Source of the DNA: Promethearchaeota archaeon
GTDB taxonomy: Archaea > Asgardarchaeota > Lokiarchaeia > Sigyniarchaeales > SOKP01
Reading direction: 5' to 3'
Length of the DNA: 39,743 nt
NCBI GenBank assembly: GCA_048938005.1
Contig: JBHLMQ010000029.1
Coordinates: forward strand, 1-39,743
Position 1 is the first letter of the stretch; the number at the start of each line of letters is the position of its first letter. A program made the translations under genes and the position numbers. This document shows positions 1 through 10,034 of the stretch, piece after piece. A model generated the notes under the pieces. The model saw only the letters and a program-made list of their open reading frames with translations, did no database searches and was not told the DNA's origin.

Positions 1-643
1 TTTTAATCAAAATTTTTAAAAATTTAGATTTTTAATTTTTTTTGAAGTTATTAGTAAAGTTTCTTAGATAATATAATGTCTGAAGGTGTATTTAAATGTT
101 ATGGCAAATCAGAAGAATCTCAAGAGTTAAATAAAAAAAAAATCACGACAAAAAATTTTTGTTTTAAAAAATTATTCAAAATCTATGATCATTCAATGGT
201 TGATCATACTGAAAATATGAAATGTTTTTATTGGTATCACCCTTATTCAAATATTAATTTTGATAAATAGGCTTTTTATATTGGTTTCGCTATGATTCAA
301 TGGCGAATTAATAAAAATATGATTGAATAAAGTGATCCTCAACAAATGTCAATGTGATTAAATATCTGATCATATAATGGTCAACCATTCGAAAAAGATG
401 AGTTAATTTTTATAGAATCAAGATTGTTCAGATAGGCATATTGATTAAATTTTTATTAATATTTCTTTTGTTATGATTTAATGGAGAATTAAAAAATTTT
501 TAATTGAAAATAATAATCCTTATTGAATATGATATTATTAATTATTCGATCATATCAATTAAGACATAATCGACTTAAGAAGTAAAATTTAATTTCAAAT
601 TAGAGATCATATGAACAAATAAAATATTTAAAAATTATATATA

Positions 644-937
644 TTGAATGAGGATAAAAAACGTTTATTTTTAGAGGAAAAAGATAAAATTTTAGAATTT
701 AATCTTATTGATAGTAGTTTATTAACTATTAATGCCCCATATGATAGGGCAGGTATGGAAGATGCAACCTATGAATTCAATATTAAAGTTACGAGTTTCA
801 GTGATTTATTAGCAACCGATAGTGAGTCTGCAAGTATTACGATTAAAGCAACTCCAGAGGAGATCATATTATCAACCCAAAAGATAAAAATCAGTAATGT
901 CCTAAATGGTACGCAATTCTTGAGGAACCCTATTTGA
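644..937 (+). CDS. hypothetical protein or gene remnant
   Basis: 97-aa TTG-start ORF with no recognisable motif; a protein-like stretch in another frame (898-978) suggests decay. Confidence 0.25.
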   Translation: MNEDKKRLFLEEKDKILEFNLIDSSLLTINAPYDRAGMEDATYEFNIKVTSFSDLLATDSESASITIKATPEEIILSTQKIKISNVLNGTQFLRNPI

Positions 938-1059
938 AGGAACTCAGAGCTCTTGGAAAAGTCAATTATACGCAATGATACTTCTAATTTCAAACCATAA
1001 ATTTTAATTAAGTTCACCATTTTTATGTACTTAAATCAAATCATTTTATATAATAGAAA

Positions 1060-1677
1060 ATGTCTCAACAAATTATCGTTCCAGGAGCGGCATCTGCAGC
1101 AATAAAATGTAAGGATGGTGTGGTTTTAGGCAGTGATCGTAGAGCTACGTGGGGATATACAGTTATTAGTAAGTCAACTCAAAAAGTTTTTAAAATCACT
1201 GAATATATCGGTCTCGCTTGTTACGGGCTCGTTGGTGACTTCCAAATCTTAGTAAGAATCCTACGAGCGCAAGCTAACCTTTATGAATTAGAGACAGGTG
1301 AACGCATTTCTACAAAAAGTATGGCAAAATTAGTATCCAACTATTTATATTCACGTAAGATGATGCCCTTATACACTAATTTAGTAGTAGCTGGATTAGA
1401 TAAAGATGGTCCAAAATTGTTTACTTTAGATGCTCTAGGTTCATTAATGCCTGATGATTATGCAGCCGTTGGAACAGGAATGCTGTTATCTTATGGAATT
1501 TTAGAGGCAGAATATAAACCTGATATGACTATTGCGGCGGGTGAAAAATTAGTTGAAAAAGCAATTAGAAATTCAATCAAACGGGACGCAATGACAGGAA
1601 ATGGAATTGATCTGTTAACCATAACCGAAAAGGGAGCAGAAGAAAAATATTTTGAGATAAAAGAATTAGGAGAATAA
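1060..1677 (+). CDS. psmB: proteasome beta subunit, predicted non-catalytic
   Basis: IKCKDGVVLGSDRR, KVFKI, GxxGD, RDAMTGNG motifs of the Ntn fold; GAAS replaces GTTT. Confidence 0.95.
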   Translation: MSQQIIVPGAASAAIKCKDGVVLGSDRRATWGYTVISKSTQKVFKITEYIGLACYGLVGDFQILVRILRAQANLYELETGERISTKSMAKLVSNYLYSRKMMPLYTNLVVAGLDKDGPKLFTLDALGSLMPDDYAAVGTGMLLSYGILEAEYKPDMTIAAGEKLVEKAIRNSIKRDAMTGNGIDLLTITEKGAEEKYFEIKELGE

Positions 1678-1771
1678 TCTTTTAAAATACTTGTTCTTAA
1701 ATTTTAAAATGATGACTTCTTAACCAATAAAAATTTATTTTATAAAAGCCTTCTAACTATTAAAGATTTAT

Positions 1772-3838
1772 TTGGTAATAACAGGTCGAATCAAATTGAA
1801 CCTTTTAGATAATACCTTCGGTGAGACCAGAGAAATTCACGGTTTTACAAAAAATGAGATTTTAGAAATTAAAAATTCTCTCACGAAATTTAAATCAGAA
1901 AATACTGAAGAATCTGAAATATATAGTTATTTAAAATCAAAATTATACATTTCTCCTGAAGTATTTGATTTATATTCAAATTATTTAAAAGATCTGAAAG
2001 TTTTAGCAGAAATTCATTTATTACCTTTTAAAGATTCACATTATTTCTATTTAAGAAACGAGATTTTAGATGAATTAAATCTCATTTCAAATAATTTAAA
2101 GAATCTTGGTTCAAATACCAGGAACATTAAAAGATTAACAAAAAATAAAACAAAATTAAACGAGTTTTTGTTAATAATAGATAGTCTTCTTGAGGATTGT
2201 AATAATCTAACTTCTGAAATAAAGCGCTCTTTAAAAGAAATTGAAAACATTTATGATAATAATATATACCTTTGGATTGAAATAAATAGAATAAAGAATT
2301 TAAATTTTAAATTAAATGAAATTCCAAGTACTTTAGAAAATTGGGATGAAATAAAGGATCTCTTTATATTTATTAAAAGTTTAAATGAAGTTTTTTCAAG
2401 AAAACGAAAAAGAGAAAAAGATAAGTATTTAACATTTCATTTTGATGAAATCTATCAATATTTTTTATCTAAGGATGAGGGAAAAATTAAATACTATTTG
2501 GATTTGGTCCATCTTTTATATAATAATAAAATTTTTGAAGTGTATACAGGAGAAGAATTTATAAACATACTCGAAAGGAAAGAAGTTATACAAAATTTAA
2601 AAAATTTCATACGTCCATTACTTAAACAGTTAATTGAAGATAAATTACATGATATCTTAATTGAAATCGAGGATTTTAACTTAAAGGAAAATGATTTAAG
2701 TATTAATATAAAAACTCTAAAAGATCAAAAACTTAGTTTATATCTACCAAAGATAGTTGACTATTATATTATTGACTTGGAAAAGAGATTCCAAGAAAAG
2801 ATTCATGATGTTATTGAAGCAGATAAATTTGAAGAAATTGCAAATTTTTATTACCAAAAAATTGATGTTTTCTGGTCAAAAATTAATGAAATTGAAGATT
2901 GGGTATTAAATATAGAGAATTTCCTGAGTCCCTATGAAAGTATTACAATAGCTCTGAGAAAAATATTTTCAAATGTGTCTTCTGAAATCTATCGCAGAAA
3001 AAATGAGTATCTAGCATTTATCAAAACAGTTAAAGATGAAGAATATAGAGTTGAAATAAGAAAGTTTGTATCTGATAAAATCTCAGAAGTAAATGATCTA
3101 ATTAGAGTCTACGAGGATGAGGCATCATTAATAATTAAAGAAGAATTTCCACAACTGAAAAAGATTAAAGAAATTTTAAATGATTATAATAACAAAATTC
3201 AGAGTATTAAAGATGCTGTTTTTAAAAAATTAGACTCTGTGAAATCAAATGACGTAGATATTTATCAGGTAATAAAATTTTGGGAAGATAGCTTAAATCG
3301 TAAAAAGCAGCAATTAACTTTTCTCATATCCCTTCTACTAAATAAATTGTTTAAGACCTTTAAAGATTTAATTGATAAGGAAGGAATTTTATTCGCTACT
3401 ATTACTGAAATCACCGAACAAACAGAAAACTTTGAGGGACTGCCTCTCAATTTTGCGTTATCGTCATTTTTAGCAGAGAAATTAACAGAAGATGAATTAA
3501 AAGAAAGGATTTCAGAGATAAAGTCGAAAATTAACCAATTAAATAATTCATTAGGGCTTTATCAAGTAGAGGTATCAAAACTTGAGAAAATTTTAGCAAA
3601 TCGAGTAAAATTAAGAAAAGGAATTTCTGATTCAGAAGTCCAATGTACCGTCTGTCATAATTATATCAATTTTGCTAAAGATAAAGTAATTACTTGTCCT
3701 TTCTGTGCAAGTACTTACCATTATTTATGCGTTGCATTTTGGCTTTCAAAATATAATTCATGTCCAATGTGTCAAAACCATTTTCTTGAACCTCATTCAG
3801 AAATGTTTGAGAGTGAAGAAGATCAAGAATTAAGATGA
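1772..3838 (+). CDS. long helical/coiled-coil protein with C-terminal RING-type (C4HC3) zinc finger
   Basis: CTVC-x13-CPFC-x4-HYLC-x3-W-x6-CPMC at 3644-3772; remainder helical and E/K/I/L-rich; start uncertain. Confidence 0.8.
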   Translation: MVITGRIKLNLLDNTFGETREIHGFTKNEILEIKNSLTKFKSENTEESEIYSYLKSKLYISPEVFDLYSNYLKDLKVLAEIHLLPFKDSHYFYLRNEILDELNLISNNLKNLGSNTRNIKRLTKNKTKLNEFLLIIDSLLEDCNNLTSEIKRSLKEIENIYDNNIYLWIEINRIKNLNFKLNEIPSTLENWDEIKDLFIFIKSLNEVFSRKRKREKDKYLTFHFDEIYQYFLSKDEGKIKYYLDLVHLLYNNKIFEVYTGEEFINILERKEVIQNLKNFIRPLLKQLIEDKLHDILIEIEDFNLKENDLSINIKTLKDQKLSLYLPKIVDYYIIDLEKRFQEKIHDVIEADKFEEIANFYYQKIDVFWSKINEIEDWVLNIENFLSPYESITIALRKIFSNVSSEIYRRKNEYLAFIKTVKDEEYRVEIRKFVSDKISEVNDLIRVYEDEASLIIKEEFPQLKKIKEILNDYNNKIQSIKDAVFKKLDSVKSNDVDIYQVIKFWEDSLNRKKQQLTFLISLLLNKLFKTFKDLIDKEGILFATITEITEQTENFEGLPLNFALSSFLAEKLTEDELKERISEIKSKINQLNNSLGLYQVEVSKLEKILANRVKLRKGISDSEVQCTVCHNYINFAKDKVITCPFCASTYHYLCVAFWLSKYNSCPMCQNHFLEPHSEMFESEEDQELR

Positions 3839-3840
3839 TA

Positions 3841-4122
3841 TTAATAACTCATTTCTTGAGAATCAATTTTAATAAAATTTGAGATTTCATTTCCCCTAAC
3901 AGAGAAATCCTCATCTAAAAAAAGAGTTATGGCATGTAAAGGAGTATTATTATAGGCATGACAATGAGTGTATCTCAACGGCCAATGATTAATTTTTGAT
4001 ATATCTATTTTTAAAATATCAATATCTTTACCGTATATTCGTTTTTTACAAACGGGGCAAATTACTAGAAGTTTCCTTATCAAAAATATACGAGTTTTTG
4101 AATTTAATGAGATTTCTTCCAT
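3841..4122 (-). CDS. small putative Zn-binding protein
   Basis: CPVC followed by HCH and H; ATG start; convergent with the RING gene. Confidence 0.7.
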   Translation of the reverse strand: MEEISLNSKTRIFLIRKLLVICPVCKKRIYGKDIDILKIDISKINHWPLRYTHCHAYNNTPLHAITLFLDEDFSVRGNEISNFIKIDSQEMSY

Positions 4123-4205
4123 AAAAATCAGATAATTGTTTTTATTTTAGATTCTCAACTATTTTTTTAAGAACTATACACTAAAGTATCCAAATAATAT
4201 TTAGA

Positions 4206-4862
4206 TCATACACTAGGAGGGAAGAATGTTATATTAAAAACTAAATAAATGCCAAAGATTATCATAAAAGCTCCACAAACAATCAGAACGTACTTATAAA
4301 TCTTAGGATTTAAGGATTTACCTCCATAATAAATAAAAATAGAAATTGGGACATACCATACAAAATCGCCTAATTCATGTCCAAGAAAGAACACTAAAAG
4401 TCCTAATGGATTTTGAAATGAAACATTTAAATTGATCATTAAAGTTAAGCCTGTAACTGCCCACCAAAATTCCCAATAAGGATTAGTTATTGAATAAAAA
4501 ATACCTCCAATAAAACTATTCCCTTTAAAACCCTTCATTTTCTGTTCATTAAAATTAAATTCTAATTCATATCGCTTTTTGTATACATCTTTTATAGTAA
4601 AAAAACCAAATATCATTAAACAAATACTACCAATTATCCCTATCGTAATTAAGAATATTAGATTTTGAAAAAATAAAGAAGCACCTAACAATAATATAAT
4701 AATTAAAGAGAATTCTAAAAGCGCATGGCCCAACACAATAATTATACCTACAAATGGCGTTTTACTCTTAAGGGATTTATAAATTGTAAATGTTAATACT
4801 GGCCCAGGAGATAAAGCCCCTGTAAGAGCAACTATAAAGGATAAAGTAAAAATCTCAATCAT
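4206..4862 (-). CDS. LysE family translocator
   Basis: ALSPGP, GHALLE and TNPYWEFWW motifs; about 6 TM helices. Confidence 0.9.
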   Translation of the reverse strand: MIEIFTLSFIVALTGALSPGPVLTFTIYKSLKSKTPFVGIIIVLGHALLEFSLIIILLLGASLFFQNLIFLITIGIIGSICLMIFGFFTIKDVYKKRYELEFNFNEQKMKGFKGNSFIGGIFYSITNPYWEFWWAVTGLTLMINLNVSFQNPLGLLVFFLGHELGDFVWYVPISIFIYYGGKSLNPKIYKYVLIVCGAFMIIFGIYLVFNITFFPPSV

Positions 4863-5324
4863 TTAAATTCCTAACAGTCGAATAACTACAACTAATATTA
4901 CAATAATCGGAATTATTAACAGCAAACTCCATAGATAAACTCTAAGAAATCCTTTTCTAAGCGATTTAACTCCCTCTTTCCAATCTTGTTTTGTTTTTTC
5001 TTGCCAGTTTTTAAAATCTTGACTAATCTTGTTCTTATGAGCTTCCCATTGTTCTTTTGTTTCTAATCTCTTTTTCTCCATTTCTGCATTCCATTCTTTA
5101 ATCTTATTATCCCAATTCTGTCTGACATCCTTAAAGAAATTATTAATTTTTTCCTTATTTTCTTCCCATATCTCCTTATTTTTCTTAGATTGTTCTTCTA
5201 GAGATTTTTGAAATTTATCAAATCCATCCCTTATTCCATCAACAAAGTTTTTCCATCCCTTCTGAAAAGGTTTTTCTTGTATCTCTTCTTTGTCAGATTC
5301 TTTTAAATTATCTTCATTACTCAT
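4863..5324 (-). CDS. amphipathic-helix protein with C-terminal membrane anchor
   Basis: charged helices with periodic W/F; single hydrophobic segment at the C-terminus. Confidence 0.75.
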   Translation of the reverse strand: MSNEDNLKESDKEEIQEKPFQKGWKNFVDGIRDGFDKFQKSLEEQSKKNKEIWEENKEKINNFFKDVRQNWDNKIKEWNAEMEKKRLETKEQWEAHKNKISQDFKNWQEKTKQDWKEGVKSLRKGFLRVYLWSLLLIIPIIVILVVVIRLLGI

Positions 5325-5440
5325 AATTTTCTTTTAATTTATTTTAATATTTAAATTCAGTAAATAAATTTCAATTACGTTTCAAAATTATTTATTCATA
5401 GATAAAGTTCTTTATTATTTTAAAAAATGTTGTATTTATT

Positions 5441-6817
5441 ATGAAATTTAACATTATACAAAAAACACCATTATACAATGCCTTTTCAGAAATCGGAAAG
5501 AGAATTTTTCTTCCAGAGGGGATTTTTTATTGGTCTGGAAGGGCGAAAAGTGAGGCAGAAATAATTGGAACTATTGGTGCAGCTTATGGATTTGAAAAAG
5601 ATTTTATTGATGGAGGAGATTCCGATTGGTTACCTTGTTATTTAAAAGAAATAAGGGAATATTCTAGCCTATCTGTTAAACAAATAGTTCCATATGTATC
5701 CATTGGTGGATTACAAGAAACAAGAAAAATTTGGAAAAATTGGATAATTCATAAAGCATTATACAGTGAAAAGGAAGAGGCTCTATTATCGAGATTAGAT
5801 AAATATATAACAACTCCGGTAATAACAGGAGGAGTTACTAATGGAATTTTTCAAAGTTGTGCTCTGTTTTTAAATCCAAATGATTACATTATCATACCAA
5901 ATAAGAGATGGGGGAATTATGATAATATAATTAGTAAATTTATTGGAGCTAAAGTTAAAACTTTTGATTTTTTTAAAAAAAATGAAATAAATATTGAAGG
6001 ATTGAAAGTAGCAATGAATGAAATTGCCAAAATTCAAGAAAAAATTGTAATACTTTTGAATTTTCCAAATAATCCTACTGGATATTTTCCAACAGAAAAA
6101 GAGGGTCTTAATATTGTTGATATGCTGAAGGATTGGCAAACGAACCTCAAGAAACCTGTAATTATTTTAGTTGATGATGCATACGAGCCATATGTTTATG
6201 AAGAGAATGCTTTAAAAAGATCGATATTCTATGATCTTCACCAATTAGATGAAGATGTAATCCCTATTAAGTTAGATGGAATAACTAAAGAGCTCTTAAT
6301 ATATGGAGGAAGGATTGGTTTTCTCACTCTAGGTATAAAACCCTCTTGGATAAATAATGAGGAGGAATTAGAAGCTCTAAAGAATGAATTACATAATAAA
6401 TTTGAGGGTTTTAATCGCGCAACAATATCAAATTGTAATCATTTTTACCAAGCATTGACTCAAAAAATGTTTTTAGAGAAGGGAATAGAACAGATCATTC
6501 AATCTAGAGATGCTGTTAAAAATTTACTTAAAAAAAGATATGAATATATTAATTCTGAGTTAAGAGAGATAAATAATCCGAATATCTCGATTGACCCTAA
6601 TTCAGGTGGATTTTTTCTATTTGTAAATCTAAACCCCAACCAAATTAAAGCAACAGATTTCGCAGATCGTCTATTAAAAGAATATAAGGTAGGTATTATA
6701 CCAATTGAAAGATTAGACGAAAATGTCAATGGTATACGTATCGCTTATTGCTCTATAGATTTCAGTAAAATACCAGAATTGGTTAAAAGAATTAATTCAG
6801 CTCTAAACGATTATTAG
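5441..6817 (+). CDS. PLP-dependent aminotransferase class I/II
   Basis: NFPNNPTG, DDAY, DGITKELLIYGGRIG (PLP lysine) and IRIAY motifs. Confidence 0.92.
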   Translation: MKFNIIQKTPLYNAFSEIGKRIFLPEGIFYWSGRAKSEAEIIGTIGAAYGFEKDFIDGGDSDWLPCYLKEIREYSSLSVKQIVPYVSIGGLQETRKIWKNWIIHKALYSEKEEALLSRLDKYITTPVITGGVTNGIFQSCALFLNPNDYIIIPNKRWGNYDNIISKFIGAKVKTFDFFKKNEINIEGLKVAMNEIAKIQEKIVILLNFPNNPTGYFPTEKEGLNIVDMLKDWQTNLKKPVIILVDDAYEPYVYEENALKRSIFYDLHQLDEDVIPIKLDGITKELLIYGGRIGFLTLGIKPSWINNEEELEALKNELHNKFEGFNRATISNCNHFYQALTQKMFLEKGIEQIIQSRDAVKNLLKKRYEYINSELREINNPNISIDPNSGGFFLFVNLNPNQIKATDFADRLLKEYKVGIIPIERLDENVNGIRIAYCSIDFSKIPELVKRINSALNDY

Positions 6818-6953
6818 AGTCTTTATTTCATCTTGTCTAAAGATAATAATATAGTAATATTATCTAAGTTTTTATCAAAATTTTTATAAACTTATTTTTA
6901 TAATGTAATTAAAAAAAAATTTTAATAAAAAATTAAAAAAGTGAAAATTAAGC

Positions 6954-7961
6954 ATGAAACTTTTTCTAATTGAACAAGGAAATTTAAATGAAATCAATAA
7001 ACTCATCTTTTCTAGTGGAGACGTTTATCTCGTGGATGATGAGAAAACTATCTATGTTTGGATTGGTAATAAATGCTCTGTTGATGAGAAGACTGCTGGT
7101 GCCGCTCAAGCAAGAACACTCGACCAACAACGAGGTGGTGCTGCAAAAATCATTACAGTAGATCAAGGACAAGAGCCAAAAGAATTTATGAAAGCAATTA
7201 ATCCAATGGGAGCAATGAAAATTGTAGAAAAAAATTACGCTAAAACATTGCTTAAAGATGTAACTACAGGTGATTGGGCCGGGTTTACAGAGTGGAAGAA
7301 TGTATTATACCGTGTTTCCTCGGAAGAATTCGAGGACATCAATGCTATGAAAATGATTCAAGTTCCGTTTAAAAAAGAATCATTAGATTCGGAAGATTGT
7401 TTCGTTGCTGATTTAGGCAATAAAGTATACATATGGCAAGGAAATGCTAGTACTGTGAAAGAGCGTGTCAAAGCGGGTCAATGGGCTCGTGCTATAGATG
7501 CTGATAGGGCGGGATTACAACAAGAAACAATCTTTGAAGAAGGGGATGATATGGAATTTATGGCAGCTTTAGAGAGAGGTGAAGATTATAAAGAGTCTGA
7601 CGCCGTCCAATTAAAAGCTGAATCTGTGTTAGAAGGCGAAGATGCAGATGATAGAATAGCGAAAGCAATCCAACCTGAATTTAAATCTGAAGTTAAAGAG
7701 GTGTCTCCAGAAGAAGTAAAAGCTGATATTTCTGAAGTTAAAGCTTCAGGAGCGGCTCCTGGAATACCGGGTAAAACTGATGCCTCCATTCTAACTATTG
7801 AAAAAATAGAAGGTCGAAGAAAATGTCCAGAGTGTGGAACTGATGACCCTCATATGATTCATGAGAGTGTGGATAAGTCTAATATAATTTTAGACTATCC
7901 AAGAGTATATGGCAAAAAATACCTCTGTGGGTCGTGTGGGTGTAATTGGCGTGAAAAATAA
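6954..7961 (+). CDS. two-domain gelsolin/villin-family actin regulator with acidic linker and C-terminal Zn ribbon
   Basis: two gelsolin repeats (SGDVYLVD..IYVWIG..S.DEK..QGQEPKEF and LDSEDCFVAD..VYIWQG..S..ER..EGDD.EF); CPECG...CGSCG tail. Confidence 0.9.
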   Translation: MKLFLIEQGNLNEINKLIFSSGDVYLVDDEKTIYVWIGNKCSVDEKTAGAAQARTLDQQRGGAAKIITVDQGQEPKEFMKAINPMGAMKIVEKNYAKTLLKDVTTGDWAGFTEWKNVLYRVSSEEFEDINAMKMIQVPFKKESLDSEDCFVADLGNKVYIWQGNASTVKERVKAGQWARAIDADRAGLQQETIFEEGDDMEFMAALERGEDYKESDAVQLKAESVLEGEDADDRIAKAIQPEFKSEVKEVSPEEVKADISEVKASGAAPGIPGKTDASILTIEKIEGRRKCPECGTDDPHMIHESVDKSNIILDYPRVYGKKYLCGSCGCNWREK

Positions 7962-8023
7962 GTTATTTTTTAAATTTTATTTTTTCTCTTTTTTTAATAT
8001 TAAAAAAGATTAGATCTTTTAGT
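7962..8023. terminator. probable T-rich terminator region between convergent genes
   Basis: several oligo-T runs directly after the gelsolin stop and an A run serving the opposite strand. Confidence 0.45.
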
Positions 8024-9124
8024 TTATGATTTTTGGAGATCTCTTCGCATTAATTTAATTTTCTTCTTTAATTCAATTATTTCTTTATTTTTTTCCTCAA
8101 GATCCGATTCTAATTTTATTTTTTCATCTTTTACTTGTTGAATATCGTTTAAAATCTTTTCTTCTATTTGTTGTGATTCTTGTGTTTCACTCTGTAATTT
8201 TTTTAATTCTTCTTTTATGCTCATAATTTCATCATCTTTATTATCAAGTATGCTTCGCATATTAGCTAATTCCAGTTCAAATTTACCAGTGAGATTTCCA
8301 GATTTTTTATGGGCTTCTTCTAACTTTACTTCTAGGTGTTCTATTAATTCCTGGTTGGTGATATTTTTTTGTTTTAATTCTTCGAGTTCAACTACTAAAT
8401 CTTTATTTCTTTCTATTTTTTTCTCAAGATCCTTCTTAACTAAATTGAATGTTTCTAATTGTTGTTGAAGATCATGAATTTTTTGATTTGCAGTTTTTAA
8501 ATCATTCTCTATTTTAAAAATAGCTTTCTCTTTTTCAGTGATGATTTCATCTTTTTTCTCTAATAAGACCTCAAGTTTATCAAACTTAGATTTTTGGATT
8601 GAATCACTTTCAAGATATTGTAATTGTTCCTTTAATTCCTTAATCTTAATATCTTTTTCATTTAACTCATAAATTAAATCTTGATTTTTAGTTTGATCTG
8701 ATTGAGATTGCTCAATTTGAGAAGATAATTCTTTAATTTTTTCAATTTGGTCAGTGATTATTTGGTTTGATTTTGTAGATTGCTCCTCTAGAGCAGAGGT
8801 TAAATTTTCAATTTCATCGTTTTTATTCTCGATCGTTTCATATAATTTTTGAATAGCCTGGCTTTGATCAACTTTATCTTCTGCTTTCTGATATAATTCT
8901 TGAATATTTTCTTCTAAATTTTGTATTTTCTCATTTTTTTCATTGATCTCAGCTATTAATTTTTTATTCTCTTCCATAAAGAAGGTAAGTTTTTCTTTGA
9001 GATTATCATCAGTTTTTAAAGATTCCGATTCCTCTTCCTTTTCTTCTACCCAACCGAGTGTTGATAAAGCATCTACAATAGACTTATCGTTTTCTTCCTC
9101 ATGACCTTCACGTTCATCTGACAT
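8024..9124 (-). CDS. long coiled-coil protein
   Basis: about 320 aa of heptad-like E/K/Q/L/I sequence with no Pro. Confidence 0.85.
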   Translation of the reverse strand: MSDEREGHEEENDKSIVDALSTLGWVEEKEEESESLKTDDNLKEKLTFFMEENKKLIAEINEKNEKIQNLEENIQELYQKAEDKVDQSQAIQKLYETIENKNDEIENLTSALEEQSTKSNQIITDQIEKIKELSSQIEQSQSDQTKNQDLIYELNEKDIKIKELKEQLQYLESDSIQKSKFDKLEVLLEKKDEIITEKEKAIFKIENDLKTANQKIHDLQQQLETFNLVKKDLEKKIERNKDLVVELEELKQKNITNQELIEHLEVKLEEAHKKSGNLTGKFELELANMRSILDNKDDEIMSIKEELKKLQSETQESQQIEEKILNDIQQVKDEKIKLESDLEEKNKEIIELKKKIKLMRRDLQKS

Positions 9125-9199
9125 ATATTTAAGATCACCATTTGATCTATTAAATTTTTTTATAAATAACTATTATGATTAAAAACACTGTATCTTCTA

Positions 9200-9691
9200 T
9201 TAAATTTTTTTCAAAAATACATATTTCCTATCAAGAAAAAATTTTGTTAGATACCCAAAAGTAAGTGCGATAATAAAGCTAATCTCTAGTGGTGCATTAA
9301 GAAAATTTGTTAACAAAAATTGAATCCCAATATTTTCTATTGTAGTAAGTATTGCAAAACCGAAATATTTAACAAATTCTATTGAAGTTTCTTTTAATTC
9401 TGTTCCAGCTTTTTTAAAAACAATATATTTATCTAAGAAAAACTTAATGATATATGTAATACCAACAGCAAATATAGAACCAATTAGTTCTCGCATATTA
9501 AATGGCTCAATTGAACAATAAAATACATACAAAAATCCGCTTGTACCAACACTTTGACAAATAAAAGGTGCAAATACTAATTGGTTTAGTTTTTGAATTA
9601 AATAATTCAGCCCGATCATTGCTGCAGCAAATACTAAATAAAGTGTTAGTTGCCTTTTAATATCGTTATCTTCAACCATAGTTGAACACAT
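9200..9691 (-). CDS. GtrA family membrane protein
   Basis: 4 TM helices; internal repeat KFFLDKYIVF / KFFLDRKYVF. Confidence 0.8.
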   Translation of the reverse strand: MCSTMVEDNDIKRQLTLYLVFAAAMIGLNYLIQKLNQLVFAPFICQSVGTSGFLYVFYCSIEPFNMRELIGSIFAVGITYIIKFFLDKYIVFKKAGTELKETSIEFVKYFGFAILTTIENIGIQFLLTNFLNAPLEISFIIALTFGYLTKFFLDRKYVFLKKI

Positions 9692-9692
9692 C

Positions 9693-9986
9693 TTAATTGT
9701 TATTTAACTTTTCTCCACAATGATAGCAAAATTTCGCGATTTGTTTTGTAATTTCGCCTCCACAATTTTGGCAATATCTTATATTTGAATTCGTCGAATG
9801 ATTATATGATGTTTTCTCATTTGATATATTTTTAAAATTAATATCATTTTTATTACTGGTTCTAAAAGAGAAGGGTAAAAAGCAAATTATCGGGATAAAG
9901 AAAAAGAAATCAATCATGAATGATAAAACCAGAAAAACTATAAATAATATAATGAAAATAAGGTTTAAAACAAAATTTCGCTTCAT
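9693..9986 (-). CDS. membrane-anchored zinc-ribbon protein
   Basis: N-terminal hydrophobic segment; YCQNCG-x7-KFCYHCG. Confidence 0.85.
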   Translation of the reverse strand: MKRNFVLNLIFIILFIVFLVLSFMIDFFFFIPIICFLPFSFRTSNKNDINFKNISNEKTSYNHSTNSNIRYCQNCGGEITKQIAKFCYHCGEKLNNN

Positions 9987-10034
9987 TGTTACTTTAAATT
10001 ACAACCGATTATTAAAATAAAAAATTTGATTATT

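Noticed and set aside
76-270. 64-aa ORF
   Set aside because: Lies in AT-rich DNA with homopolymer runs, overlaps the palindromes and has no motif.
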